Source: Carcharhinus amblyrhynchos | Taxonomy: Eukaryota | Direction: 5' to 3' | Length of the DNA: 64,000 bases | Assembly: GCA_965287045.1 (NCBI GenBank) | Contig: OZ336870.1 | Coordinates: forward strand, 132,060,001 to 132,124,000 | Shown: positions 13,001 through 25,000 of the stretch, in pieces | Numbering within the stretch: position 1 is the first letter of the stretch | Layout of the letters: each line of letters opens with the position of its first letter | Made by a program: the position numbers and the translations under genes | Notes under the pieces: model-generated | Told to the model about the DNA's origin: nothing | What the model saw: the letters and a program-made list of their open reading frames with translations, nothing else | The model's database searches: none

Positions 13001-16000
13001 TGTGCACCTGACACCTCAAAATTGTCATCTGAGTCTTTGGGCTTGGGAGGAGAAGATTGCCACGTTAGGGACTCATGTATGCTCACCTTCCTGTCTGTCC
13101 ATTTGATGGATCATCCATTTCCAGTACACACTCCCCATCCTCTTTCAACTTTCTGAAGAGGGAATTTCCTCTGATTTCCCCCAGACACATCTTTTGCTCC
13201 AATAATTTCTGAAATGATTATCTCCTTTCATCTTGCATAACCATATTCTTTGTCTTCAATCATTCCTTGACTTCCATCCAGTCACATACTATTCTCTCTT
13301 TTTCACTTCATACCCTTTTCCTACACTCTGTTTTTCCATAAACTGCCCAATCTGTAACATTTCCAGTATCTTCCTGGTACAGGATCATTGACTGAACTGT
13401 TAACCCTACCTTTACCTCTGTGCAGAAGCTGCCTGAATCAGGGTTTCCAGCATTTTTCTGTTTTAACTTTTAGAAGGCAATTCATCTTTGGGTTTGTACA
13501 ACTGATCTCTGTCTGGTGACCTCTGCTAAAAGTGCAAAATGATGAGGACAGAACCCAGCTTAGAGCAGTGCTGTCCAAGGTCAAATAGTTTACCGATACT
13601 ATGCCAACGATCATGCATTAATATTGGCCACTTGACCAAGATATTGGTGATGCCTGGAGCTCATTGACTGACTGCTTGCTAAGCTGCAGTTCAATTCTTT
13701 TTGTAAGAGAAGGAAGATAAATGAAGAAATGTCTTTCTCTGCTTTCATGAGAAACAACACCATCTTTTTGTCTAAAGATGTTGTTGCTTAGGTACTCATA
13801 TAGGGAACACAAATCACTTCAAGGCATGCTTCAAACAGTCAGGATGACTGTGCTAAAACTGAATATAGTTTCCTTAGTCAGGGCACATTTCAGTTGGCTG
13901 TTTGTAGTTTTCTAAAACATCCCTACCCTGTACTGAAGGAGCTGCACCCACATGCTTTTCATATTGGGAGGGTGGCAGTGAGCTGTTGGTGTATGTCTGT
14001 AAAATAGTTACCTAGAAATTGGAAGAAATTTTGATTCTCCTAACGTTCTGTGGGTAGCTATTGATGGAACCCAGAGGAAACCACCTGAAGTTTGTGATCT
14101 TAGCTGCACTTCTGAATGCTTCCCAGGGCAGGGCAATTGCTGTATCTCCCGCACCCACCCTCCTCCATAAGATATGCCCTCGTACTCAGATGTTACAGCC
14201 CTTGTGTCAAAGCAGCAGCAGTGGTGGAAAAAAAGTTACTTGAATACATTGGTTAGAAATTGTAAACTGTAAAACCCATTTTCATTGAACTAGAATATAT
14301 GGAATTGCATTGTGCGGCTGCCTGAATGATTCATTGAGTAGCTGAGCTATGCAGAGTCTGAAGGTCTGGGGTTTGATGCCCGACTTGTGTTACATTCATC
14401 GTTCTCAGCTGTTTGTGTGGTCAGCAGGTCAACCTGTCAGTTCCCAGCAGGTGACAGGATGAGTGCAAAATACACTCACTACTCTGACTGTAGGCTCAGG
14501 ATATTTCAATTCTGGGGCTTCTCTACTTGTCGCTGGTCAGCTCCATGTCTGAAATGTGAGGAGAGCACAGCCAGCCAATGGGCAGAAGCAGAAGTTCAGG
14601 CAGTCAGGGACTGCTGACTGTTGTGTGGAAGGAGCCTCAGAAGTATCCCAAAGGCAAGGACATGGCAGGAGAGATTGGGCCATCTCTTGTGAGACTTTGA
14701 GAAGCATTCTGCTTGGCCAAAGCCCACACTTGAAGGAATTAGTATAACTGGGTTCTCCCAAAATATGCTGAGCTACTTTAGTCTGGTGGGAAAGTCACAA
14801 TGGCTTACCCACTCAGATGAGTTTAAATCTGATTGGGATTCTGCGTTAGTATACATTTGAGTTCCATATGGTTCTAGCCAGTGACTCAGCCATTGAACTG
14901 CAATGAGAAGTGTAATCTGTGGGGTTCCCAGGGGTATGGGATGTTGGGGTTTGATACTCCATTTTGAGGCCACCCTGTCTCACTTCACCAGATGGATTAA
15001 ATCTCCCCCCACCACTCCTAAAATATATTTTAAATGTTGCTTCTTATCATCTGCTTGGTTTCTACTGCAAGACCATAGAACCCCTACAGTGCAGGAGGAG
15101 GCCATTTGGCCCATTGAGTCAACTCTAAAAGAGCACTCTACCTGCCCACCCTCCCTGCTGAATCCCTGTAACTCCATGTATTAATAATGGCCAATTCACC
15201 TAATCTGCACATCTTTGCACAGTGGGAGGAAACCCATGCAGACACAGAGAGAACATGCAAACTCCACACAAACCGTCACCCAAGGCCAGAATCGACCATG
15301 GGTCTCTGGTGCAGTGAGGCAGCAGTGCTTGCCACTGTGCTGCCCTTTTGCACATTGAGTTGCCACCACCCTAGAGAGTGGCACATGTCATAAGAACATA
15401 AGAAATAGGTGTAGGCCATCTAGCTCCTCAAGCCTGCCCTGCCATTCAGTAAGATCATGGCTGATCTGATAGTGGTTCAGTTCCACTTACCCGCCTGCTC
15501 CCCATAACCCTTAATTCCCTTATTGATCAGAAATCTATCTACCTGTGACTTAAACACATTGCCCATTGAAGCAGTGGAGGCTACCTCGTTAAATGTGCAG
15601 AGAGTTCCAAAGATTCACTACCCTCTGAGAGAAGTTCCTCCTCAACTCTGTTCTAAATTGACTCCCCCTTATTTTGAGGCTGTGCCCTCTAGTTCTTGCT
15701 CCTTTCTAAGTGGAAATAATCTCTCTGCCTCTACCCTGTCTAGCCCCTTCATTATCTTATAAGATCCCCCCCCCCCCGCTTAGCCTTCGAAACTCCAACG
15801 AGTACAGGCCCAATCTACTCAATCTCTCCTCATAAGCTAACCCCCTCATCTCTGGAATCAACCTGGTGAACCTAATCCAGCCCTGCTTTGCACCTTGAGC
15901 AACCCAGGCCTTTAAGCTAGTCCTTATCCCAAAGTTACAGGTCTGACTTGCCAATTTCCTTTACCTACATTGTTCTAATGTGCCACAACATGCCAGAGGC

Positions 16001-19000
16001 TGTTCACCTTGGAGACCTGCTCCAAATATGGGTACGGTCCAGTGTGAGATTTACAACATCTTCCCCCAAATATTAAAAGGCTAATGAGAGCTCCCCAAAT
16101 GCTGCTGGAATCACAACACTTCCCTGTTTACCCTTTCCCACAGTTCTCTAATCTGGGAAGGTGGATTAACACTATATGCTATTGTTTGCCATGAACACCT
16201 GTGCTGGTATCTTTAGTTTCATTGTTAGTTTAATGATAAGATAGTAGGTGCCAATCTCAACTAGCTTTTCCCCCTCAAAAATTGAAAGATCCCAATTATC
16301 AGCATGAAGGCAAGATTTGGTGACTGAGCTAAGATGCAGTTTGAGGATTTAAGATTCTGGGCAAATGCAACAGGTTCTGTGTGAAATGAGCTCGCCAAAC
16401 TCCAAGGATGCAATAGCAAAAAGACTTTAGCAAGGAAGCTTCTAATGTGATGAAGAAAGGACAGGGAAAGTAAGGTGTAAAATGGACATTCTTGGGGGAA
16501 TTTGATCTGCAACAGTGGGGTTAAACAGATAGCAAATGGATAGCCCATTAAAAACTAAAGTAAGGTTTGGTGTAAAAGGGTGGGCAATTTGCTGTTACTC
16601 TTTGTGCTATCGCTGATGACCCAGTATTTTAAGTCACTTGCAGGAGTGCATTAACACACCTAGTCTACTTTAATAAGTCACTGGAACACCTGAATGAGCC
16701 ATTTTCTGATAATTGAAAAAAAAACAAACACAAAATATTTTGTAACGGAGTTGTATTTTAGTGGTTATGCTGGATTTCTGTGATACTACTTTCTTTGGAA
16801 TCCAGGCATCATATCTAAAATCTTGCCGGGTGAAGAGCCACACTCAGATAACTGCCCATTACAGCATGCTCAAATTCTTGTTTTACATCATTAACAAAAG
16901 AAGCAAAATCAAATGTAAAAACTTTTCTCAGACAAAAATTGACACCATACCAAAGGAGATGATCCTAAAGGTGAGTCAAAGCCAGGTTTTTTTTTGCTAT
17001 GCCTCAATCTTGACTTTCATATAGTAGCATCAACATGTAATGCCGCAATTTAAAGGAATACAAAACAATTGTCATGCTTTGATTTCCACAATGCACAAGT
17101 GTGTAAGAAAGTGTAGAGCTGAGCCCATGAGTAAAGGAATCAACTTGCTGGGTTCTTCAACATCATCAGACACTTCTGTAGTGACATAGGTGAACTGTCA
17201 ATTTTAGCCACCGTAAGACTAAAGGAAAAAAAAAGCTTCGACTTTCAACTTCTCTTTAATCCCTGACAATTGGTTTTTCTTTGTAGAAGTTTGTGTGCAG
17301 GTGCTACTTTGGGTTAGATTCAGACAGATTCAGTCCATGAGCTGACTGTAAAAACACCCAAAAGACTTGCATTTATATAGTGCCTTTCATGATCTCTAGA
17401 TATCTCAATGTATTTCACTTATTCACTGTATTAATGTAGAAACATGGCAGCTAATTTGTGCACACCAGATTTCCACAAACAATAATGTGATAATGATCAG
17501 AAAATCTGTTTTTGTGATGCTGATTTGAGGGATAAATATTGGCCCCCAACACCAGGGTAATTCCCTACTCTTCCAAATAGTGTCATGGAACCTTTCACCT
17601 GAGCAGACAAATGGTCCTTCTTTTAACAACATCTCTGATGGTACAAGAACTTTTAGCAGTGCATTTTTGATTGCCTTGATTTTTACATAGGGTAGGGTAC
17701 CTCAATTAAATAAATATTTTTGGAGTCCTGCCCACCACCTGGCCAAATTGACTAGCTATTGTGTGAGAATGGGAACTTGACACCAAGGGGCCACAAGCAG
17801 GGAGCCTTGGGAACAGTCTGCGGCAGTTTGTGGTTGGAGAGGTTTTCCTCACAGCAGGGAAAGGGATAGACTGAGGTTTCCTTTGACCAACTTTTGGGGG
17901 AATGATGGGACTGGTGATTTTCCCCAAAGTTTATGGGGATTCCAGGATTGGGAATTATCTGAGGGCATGGTGTTTGGGGATGAGAGTCCCACTGACCCAT
18001 CTTGCCTCATATGGAGTTCATGGACAGGCAATGTTAAAATTAACCTGAGTTGCTTCTTAGCAGCGGACCTTCCCATCCCGTTGTTGATGCTGGGCTTGCT
18101 ATGAACCTTAAAATGACGTAGTGCTCTCGATTACATCTAGAGTTTCAACTTCTGAATCTTAAATAGGTTTTTAGTAGGAATCTTGTCAATAGCCTTTGAC
18201 AGAGTGGACACTTGAAGATATAGCTGCTTGGAGACACAATTTAGGATTTTTAACCCTTCCTGCCTGTCAATTTCGAGATTCTTATTCTTATACAACAAAA
18301 TCCTGCTCCTTTTATCCTGACAGTAGGGTCATGCACTCTGGTTTTAGTGGGACAGCGATTCTGCTCCCTTAATAGTTAAGGTAGATTTGGAGTTATGAAT
18401 ACAAGCGACAGAATTGTATGTTTTCCCCATTGGTGACTGTTGGGGGCAATAGGAAGAGGGAAGGGCTCTCTCTCAGATGGCTTTCCCAACTCTCTGCAGT
18501 TTTACGGTGGGATGGTTCATTGAGGAACTTCAAAGGCCAGTTAATGATTACTAAGAAATTTCCCACCCCATCTCAATTTTCAGGCTGGCAGAAGAAGTTC
18601 AGGAGTTGCGGGGGTGGGTGGGTGTAGTAGTCTCACCTCTGCCCATCTTGGAACCCCCACATTTACCTGGTTTTGCAGTCCCAGTCCTGTCCCCTGTAGA
18701 TTGTGGTACTGCAGGGACCAAAAAGCTGCCAATCAGTTTGGCCCAAGCACTCTGAGGCTGGACTTCATCTGGACTAAGGGGCAAAAATCCCGTCTCCAGC
18801 CAGTTAATCTCCTTGGACCATTAAATACACAGTGATGTGTTGATTTTAGGATGGTGGGGTTTCTCCTCCCCCGAACCAAAGAGTAAGGAACTTTTAAAAA
18901 AATTTACACTCTATTCTCGCGTAAGCACAAAGGCCTGAAAAGTTAACTCTTATTTCTGTGTTACTGATGCTGCCTGGCCTGCTGAGTATTTCTAGAATTT

Positions 19001-22000
19001 TTGTTTTCATTATACATTTCCAATACCAATATTTTGCTTTTTGTTGTAGCTTGCTGCCATCTTGTCTTTGTTATTTTTCATATTTCCACATTTGTAACAG
19101 GGTGACCTATCACAGAAGATGAAGGGACAGCCTGCCGGGGGATCCGTAAAATTGATGGGAGTGTGTCGGAGCTGTGAGATTGGGAGGGATGGGTGCTGCC
19201 CCAGCTATGAGAGTGGGAGGGGAGGGGGGGGCTTGCTGCTAGTGGAGCTGAACACCGGAGTTGGGGGGAAGGGTACTAAATTTATGCTCTCATAAACGAA
19301 TTTTTCCATTCTAATCTTTTTACAAAGTGGCTGTGTGGTGAAGTGCACCAGGAGTTTTAATTTTCATTCCACAGGACGATGCAGCGTTCACTGTCAGGGA
19401 GTGGCCCTCCAAACTTCACCTGGAAAGACCAGTTTGTCTTGCATTGTCGCAAAGTACAAGTTTTGGATGGAGGTAGACCATGCAAATACTGGTGTGGGGT
19501 GTGTCCCAGTTCACACAAATGCTGGGAAAGGAATGTGTTCTGACAATGTACAGATTTATGCAGTAGGAATCTGTGGTGAAACTAATAAAGGTTCCTGAAG
19601 GTGGAAAGACTGCTGCACTTTGTTGCCACTCCCTGAGATTAAGTTGTGAAACTCCTCTTCAGGACCAGGTTTATGACCGTAATGTTAAATCTAATGGCAA
19701 AATTGCACTTGTCTCTGTCCTGGCTGGCATGTTTCTGATCAATGGAGTGAGGATGGCCTGAGTAAAATGCTCTTTCTGAAAGTTGGCGCAGACTCGATGG
19801 GTCAAATGGCCTTCTGCACTGTAGGGCGTTTATGGTTCTTTGGTTCTGTGTTGTTGTGGATATCCCAAGTTGCTTGGATTTGTTATAGTTCAATTGCCCA
19901 TGGACAATCAGTGATAATCAAGCGTCTATGCATTTCCAGCTGAAAATCAGACTCCATATGTAGACACCTGGCTCCACAGCTAACTGTAACTTCCAGTACT
20001 GTCGCTCCTGCTCTGAAGCAAGGGACTTTGCTGCAAGCTGGATGGAAATAACTTGAGATAGGCCTTGCAAGATCAGGAATTTCCAACCACAGCGTGCAAC
20101 AGGGTTTCTGAAGCAGCGGTAAAATCAAGTAAAAATAACAGAAGCTTGATGCAAATTTTTGCTGCAGTCTTCTGTGTTTTCAAGAACTGGTGGTTTTGAA
20201 AATACCTAAAGCTTAAGTTCTGGCCGGCCTGTACCTCATTGCAATTTCACCTAAGTGCATGTCAGATATCTATGTTTTTTCTTTTAGTCTGGAGAGCTAT
20301 TGTTCAATATCTGTAAATTTTCTAGGTTATCTTGTACATCATTTGAAATCTGCCTGTGGCATCTAGTTTTGTCCCTGTGAAACTAGGTTTCAATAAATTG
20401 AGGTAAAACTACTATACTAAAGCACTGTAAATGCTTTTGTTTAGAAGTCTGAAGCCGTACAAGCTTCAACTCACTGAACTTTTACTCCTCAGCAAGGAAC
20501 TTGACTAATAACTTGGAAGATGACTCCTTGTGGCTTCAAGTTATGAAAAGTTTATTATCAATAATATTTATACATGTACAAGCAATAGCTAAATGTAACC
20601 GGAAGCTAACCTGGACTAAATCACATGTGAAGGAATAATTTCTTAATTGCTCGCCAGTGGGCTTGGAAATCTAGATGAAGGGCCAATGTCTAGAGTGTGG
20701 AACATAACCAAGATTGAAAAAAATGAAAACCAGATGAGGTGAATTAGGAATTCATGATGATCATGACACTAAGCTTATGTTTTTAAAAGCTTGAAAAAAT
20801 TGAGAGGCAGGCAAGACTGAAGGAAGTAAGAAATTCCAGTACTTTGAGAGTTAATTAGAACAGGAGATGTGGGATGAATCCAATAGGCAGGATATAGGGA
20901 GGAGCGAGAGCATTGTCAGAGGATGTGTGCTTGGAGCTTGGCAAGGATGAGAAACACAAGTTCAGTGGGACATGAGAATTTAAGTCTACTCTGCTGCAAC
21001 AAGGAGGTCTGTAAATTTTGCAACAGTGCGGCCAACATTAACAGTTGAGATATTTGTGCAGATCGCAGATGGAGACTAAAGGTCAGGCTCAGAGGGAAGA
21101 GGTCAAACTAAGAAGGAGAATGAGGAAGAGAGCAAGCGACCAGCTGCACAGCTGGCAAACTAAGACCGAGGTCAGCTGACTAGTTGGAATATTATAGAAA
21201 GCAACAAGTAGATAAAACTGAATGATGAGATGAAGATAATTCAGCTGATACTTGGGTGAGGTGTATTTTGAAATGTGTTGAAAGTGTGCTTTGTTCTGCA
21301 GCAACACCAGGTTTATTTTACAACTGTGAAAATTGTGCAGAAAGAGGGATGTACAGTTGACTTGGTGCCATGTGTATGGTCTGAATACCTTCTTAAACAG
21401 CTAACATCATAAACCATAGGAATAAATGCTGTAACCTAAACATTAAATTCCTGTCATGAACAGTTCTTTCTTTTAGTGTTCTATATGATATATAAATAAT
21501 AGTAAATTGTGTGTGCACACTGTGTGTGTGAGAGAGAAAAAGTTCCAAACCCTTCTTTGCGTGAATGCCTCATTGCCTGCCATAGTTATGTTCCAAGAAG
21601 GGCTTTCTCCTCCTCTGATGCTATTGCCTCAGGATTAAAACTTGTGTTTAATAAGTCACAGCAGACTGTAGGGAAATCCCACAGAGTTGTCACCGAGAGA
21701 ACGCTGCCTTCATGATTTGGTATCCCAGACCGCGGCTTTCCCTCGTCCTGAGTTGCTGGAAACATTTGTAGCCTTCCGCAGTTGTTTCATGAGCGTCATT
21801 CTGTTCCAGATTCAGAATTAACTGTGTGCCAAGAGAAATGAGTATACTGATGGAAAACTGAGTTATATAAATTGGTTATGCAAACGGGATTTGTTTTTTG
21901 GCAGGAAGGCTGAACACGTTTAGGAGGCAATTAGAAAATCTATATGTAATGGTGACATAGTAAATTGGAATCGGGACAGCAATAATACAGCTCTGGATAA

Positions 22001-25000
22001 GGCAATCTTAATGTACTAACTAATAACAAGCTTCAAAGTGGTGGTATTCCATTTGGATACAATATTCTGGACCAGTGCAGTTGTACTTCTACATCTTTTG
22101 ATTTGGGAAAGTATCGAAGCGTTATAGGTTAATGTGGGACAGTATTCTCAGTTGAGCAGTAGAGTTCATCCAAACTGTGACGTATTGGTGCTTTTTTTTA
22201 AAATAAACTGGTTTGACACTAAATGCTCCTTGTTTTCCTTTTTATTTTGCTGGTTAGTCTGCATTATTAGAACTGTTAACCCTTTTTTTAAGGACATATA
22301 CTGAACCAAAGTGAAATATTACATCAGATTAAATGTTTACGTTTAGCATGTGCTCATGCACAGAATGATAAGCAAGTACTTCATACTGGCATTGTGCCAC
22401 ACCCGCCTTGTCGGGGGAAGTTCTTCCAACTCCTGCTGTAATTTCGGCGAAGATTGGCAAAAGCAGCAGGAAAATGGTGCAAGCCACCACTTTCCTGACA
22501 TTTTCACTAAAACTCAGTGTGATCAGGAAACCTCAGTTGGGGAGAGGAAGAGGAGGGGATTTACCCCAATGTGTCATGAAGAAGGAGTGCTTGTGCTTGT
22601 GTTTTTATGGTAAGCTTCTCATTTGGGAAAGACATGGATAGGGTGAAACTGCAAATATCTTATTGCTCAAGAGGATAAATGCACTCCAATAACAACATGC
22701 TGATTTTCTATCACAGCTCACTAGCTAGCTCAGGCAACCCTGAAGCAAACTTTAACGATCCATTCCACTTTGACCGCAATCAGTTAGTACAGACCAGGAC
22801 TGCGGTTCTCCCATCCTGCTGCACTAGTCTTTTAGCACAGTGAGCCAGAGATTCTCGCATCGACTAATTCGCAGGGTTTGAGCCCCGCTAGTTTGTCTCA
22901 GCGCTGGATTTCCAGTGGCATCAGATTCGTGCCAGAAATCAATGGGGAGGTGCAAAGTCAACTTAAATGGTCATTTGTATGTCATTTAATGTGATTAGTG
23001 GGCCCGGGACTAAAGTCTCTGGGTCCATTAGCCCCTCCCCTAGACAGAGTACGGGGCTTACACTAGCTCCTTAGTACCTAGTTATACTAGGGATTGGTGG
23101 GGGAAGAAGGGAGGGCAGCAGTTGGGCAAACAGCCTGCTTGGGGGGATCAGCACTGTGTTTTGGACAGGTGGTTCAGAACTTGGGGTGGTTATCTGAAGA
23201 TTGGGGTGGACCAGGAGGGGGCCAGGTTCAGGGTGGCTGGCCCAGGAATAGTCGGGGGCCAGTGATTGAGCCGTGGGGGACATAGAACCAGGGCTGCGGG
23301 GCTGGCTAGCAATTGGCAGGCCATCTGTGCGCTGATTTCAGTCTAGTTTCTAATAATATTTACACTGGTGGCCTTTGCAATGCACAGTGTGGGAGATTCT
23401 TCTCTTTTTTTTTGTTTTTTCATGATCTTAAGGTAGAAAATGATGGAAATGTTAATTTTATAGAAGGAACTTAGAGAAAGTAATGACGCGATGCAGATGT
23501 ATTTCCGGATGACTGAACATTTGTGTTTTTTTAAAACAGCCACGGACCATTATCTACAATAAAGGCAGCTATCAAGAGAAGTAAGTAAACAGCATCTTTG
23601 AATGTATTCTAGCTTGCATAATGGCACAGGCAACTGGAGATGTCCGCAGTGAGGTCAGAGATTTCAAACTGGTCGTTCAAAACAGTTTGCGGAACACGCT
23701 GTGATGCCAAGGAGGAGTCCAAAATCTCCCAATAGCCAAGCAAATGATTAGCCAACTTTTCATGTAATGGACAAACTCTGCTTTCACTTTTGGACTCAGA
23801 AGGCAAACTTCTCAGCCACTGGATGGGATTTTCTACCCCAACCCCAATTCTGGCAGATGGAAATAATAGAGGAGGTGGAGAATCCAACAGGGATCCCAAA
23901 ACAATTTTTATGCTGTTGAGATTTTCTGTTAAGATTATCTGAATCCCCTCGCCAATGAAGTAATGGTGGGAATACTATTAGCACACCTTTTTCTATATAC
24001 TTTATCAGGCCTTCTCACTGTATCCTACCACCACTTCAGAGTGTTCACCCCCCCACACCCCCAACCAGCATGATATCATGTCACACCGGGGGCACACAGG
24101 TAAGTACATTCTTAGGGGAAAAGATCAAGTGACAACAGTATCCTGGCCATGGTTGGACACTTCCCCTGACACTGCGGTAGTTCCTTTTATTATCTATTTT
24201 GATCAGGGTGCCCTTACCTGACAGGAGTTGAGGTTGCTGGGTAAGCTCTGTGGCGGGACATGCCCATTTTTTGAGGTCCTTAGGAATACTGTGGGAAAAC
24301 CTGGCAATGCAGTTGGCAGGCTGCTTCTGCCGGAGACAACACTTAGAAAGCAAATTGAAAATACCCGCCCACTGTGTCTGGGAGATTTTCAAAAACAGGA
24401 GAAGCTTTTTGTTTCATGTCAAACTGAGATGGAATGCTGTTGTTCAGTATTAGAAACTCTTATTCCCATCACAAACGTGGAGTTTTGTCTTTGTCATGTT
24501 GAAATAATTTGGATTTCATCTATATTTAACCCTTTAAGCAGTGGACAATGTTTCATGTCGTTGTTATTATGTATTACTTCTTGAAAGTTATTTTTGTAAT
24601 TTTCTGAAGATGAATATTGTAAAGGATAAGAATATATGGAATTGGAAAAACGTCATTTTTGGTCCCTCTGGTTTGTCTCAGACGTTCAGAAATAGAATGC
24701 AGAGTTCATTACCAATATCACTCAGTCAATTTTCTATTCACTAAATGCCTGTTCAACTCAAGTTACTGATGTTATCAGCCTCAGCAATTAATTCCAAACA
24801 CTCACCGCCCACTGCATGAGGAGATTGTCTGATCAATCCATTCAACTTTGTCTCATTCTATACACTTGATTAATTCAACACTCAGGATAGCAGGGGATTT
24901 TATGAAGGTATTCAAGATCCATATTCGCAACAGTAAGTTGAACTCTGAAAACATTGTCTAGAATCATAGAATCCCTAAAGTGCAGAAGATTTCGGCCCAT

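Noticed and set aside
15389-16124. 28S-CR1 chimeric retrotranscript by template switching (same orientation, adjoining)
   Set aside because: A CpG-decayed 10-nt continuation of 28S lies beyond the CR1 tail (15378-15387), favouring insertion into a pre-existing fragment; not fully excluded.
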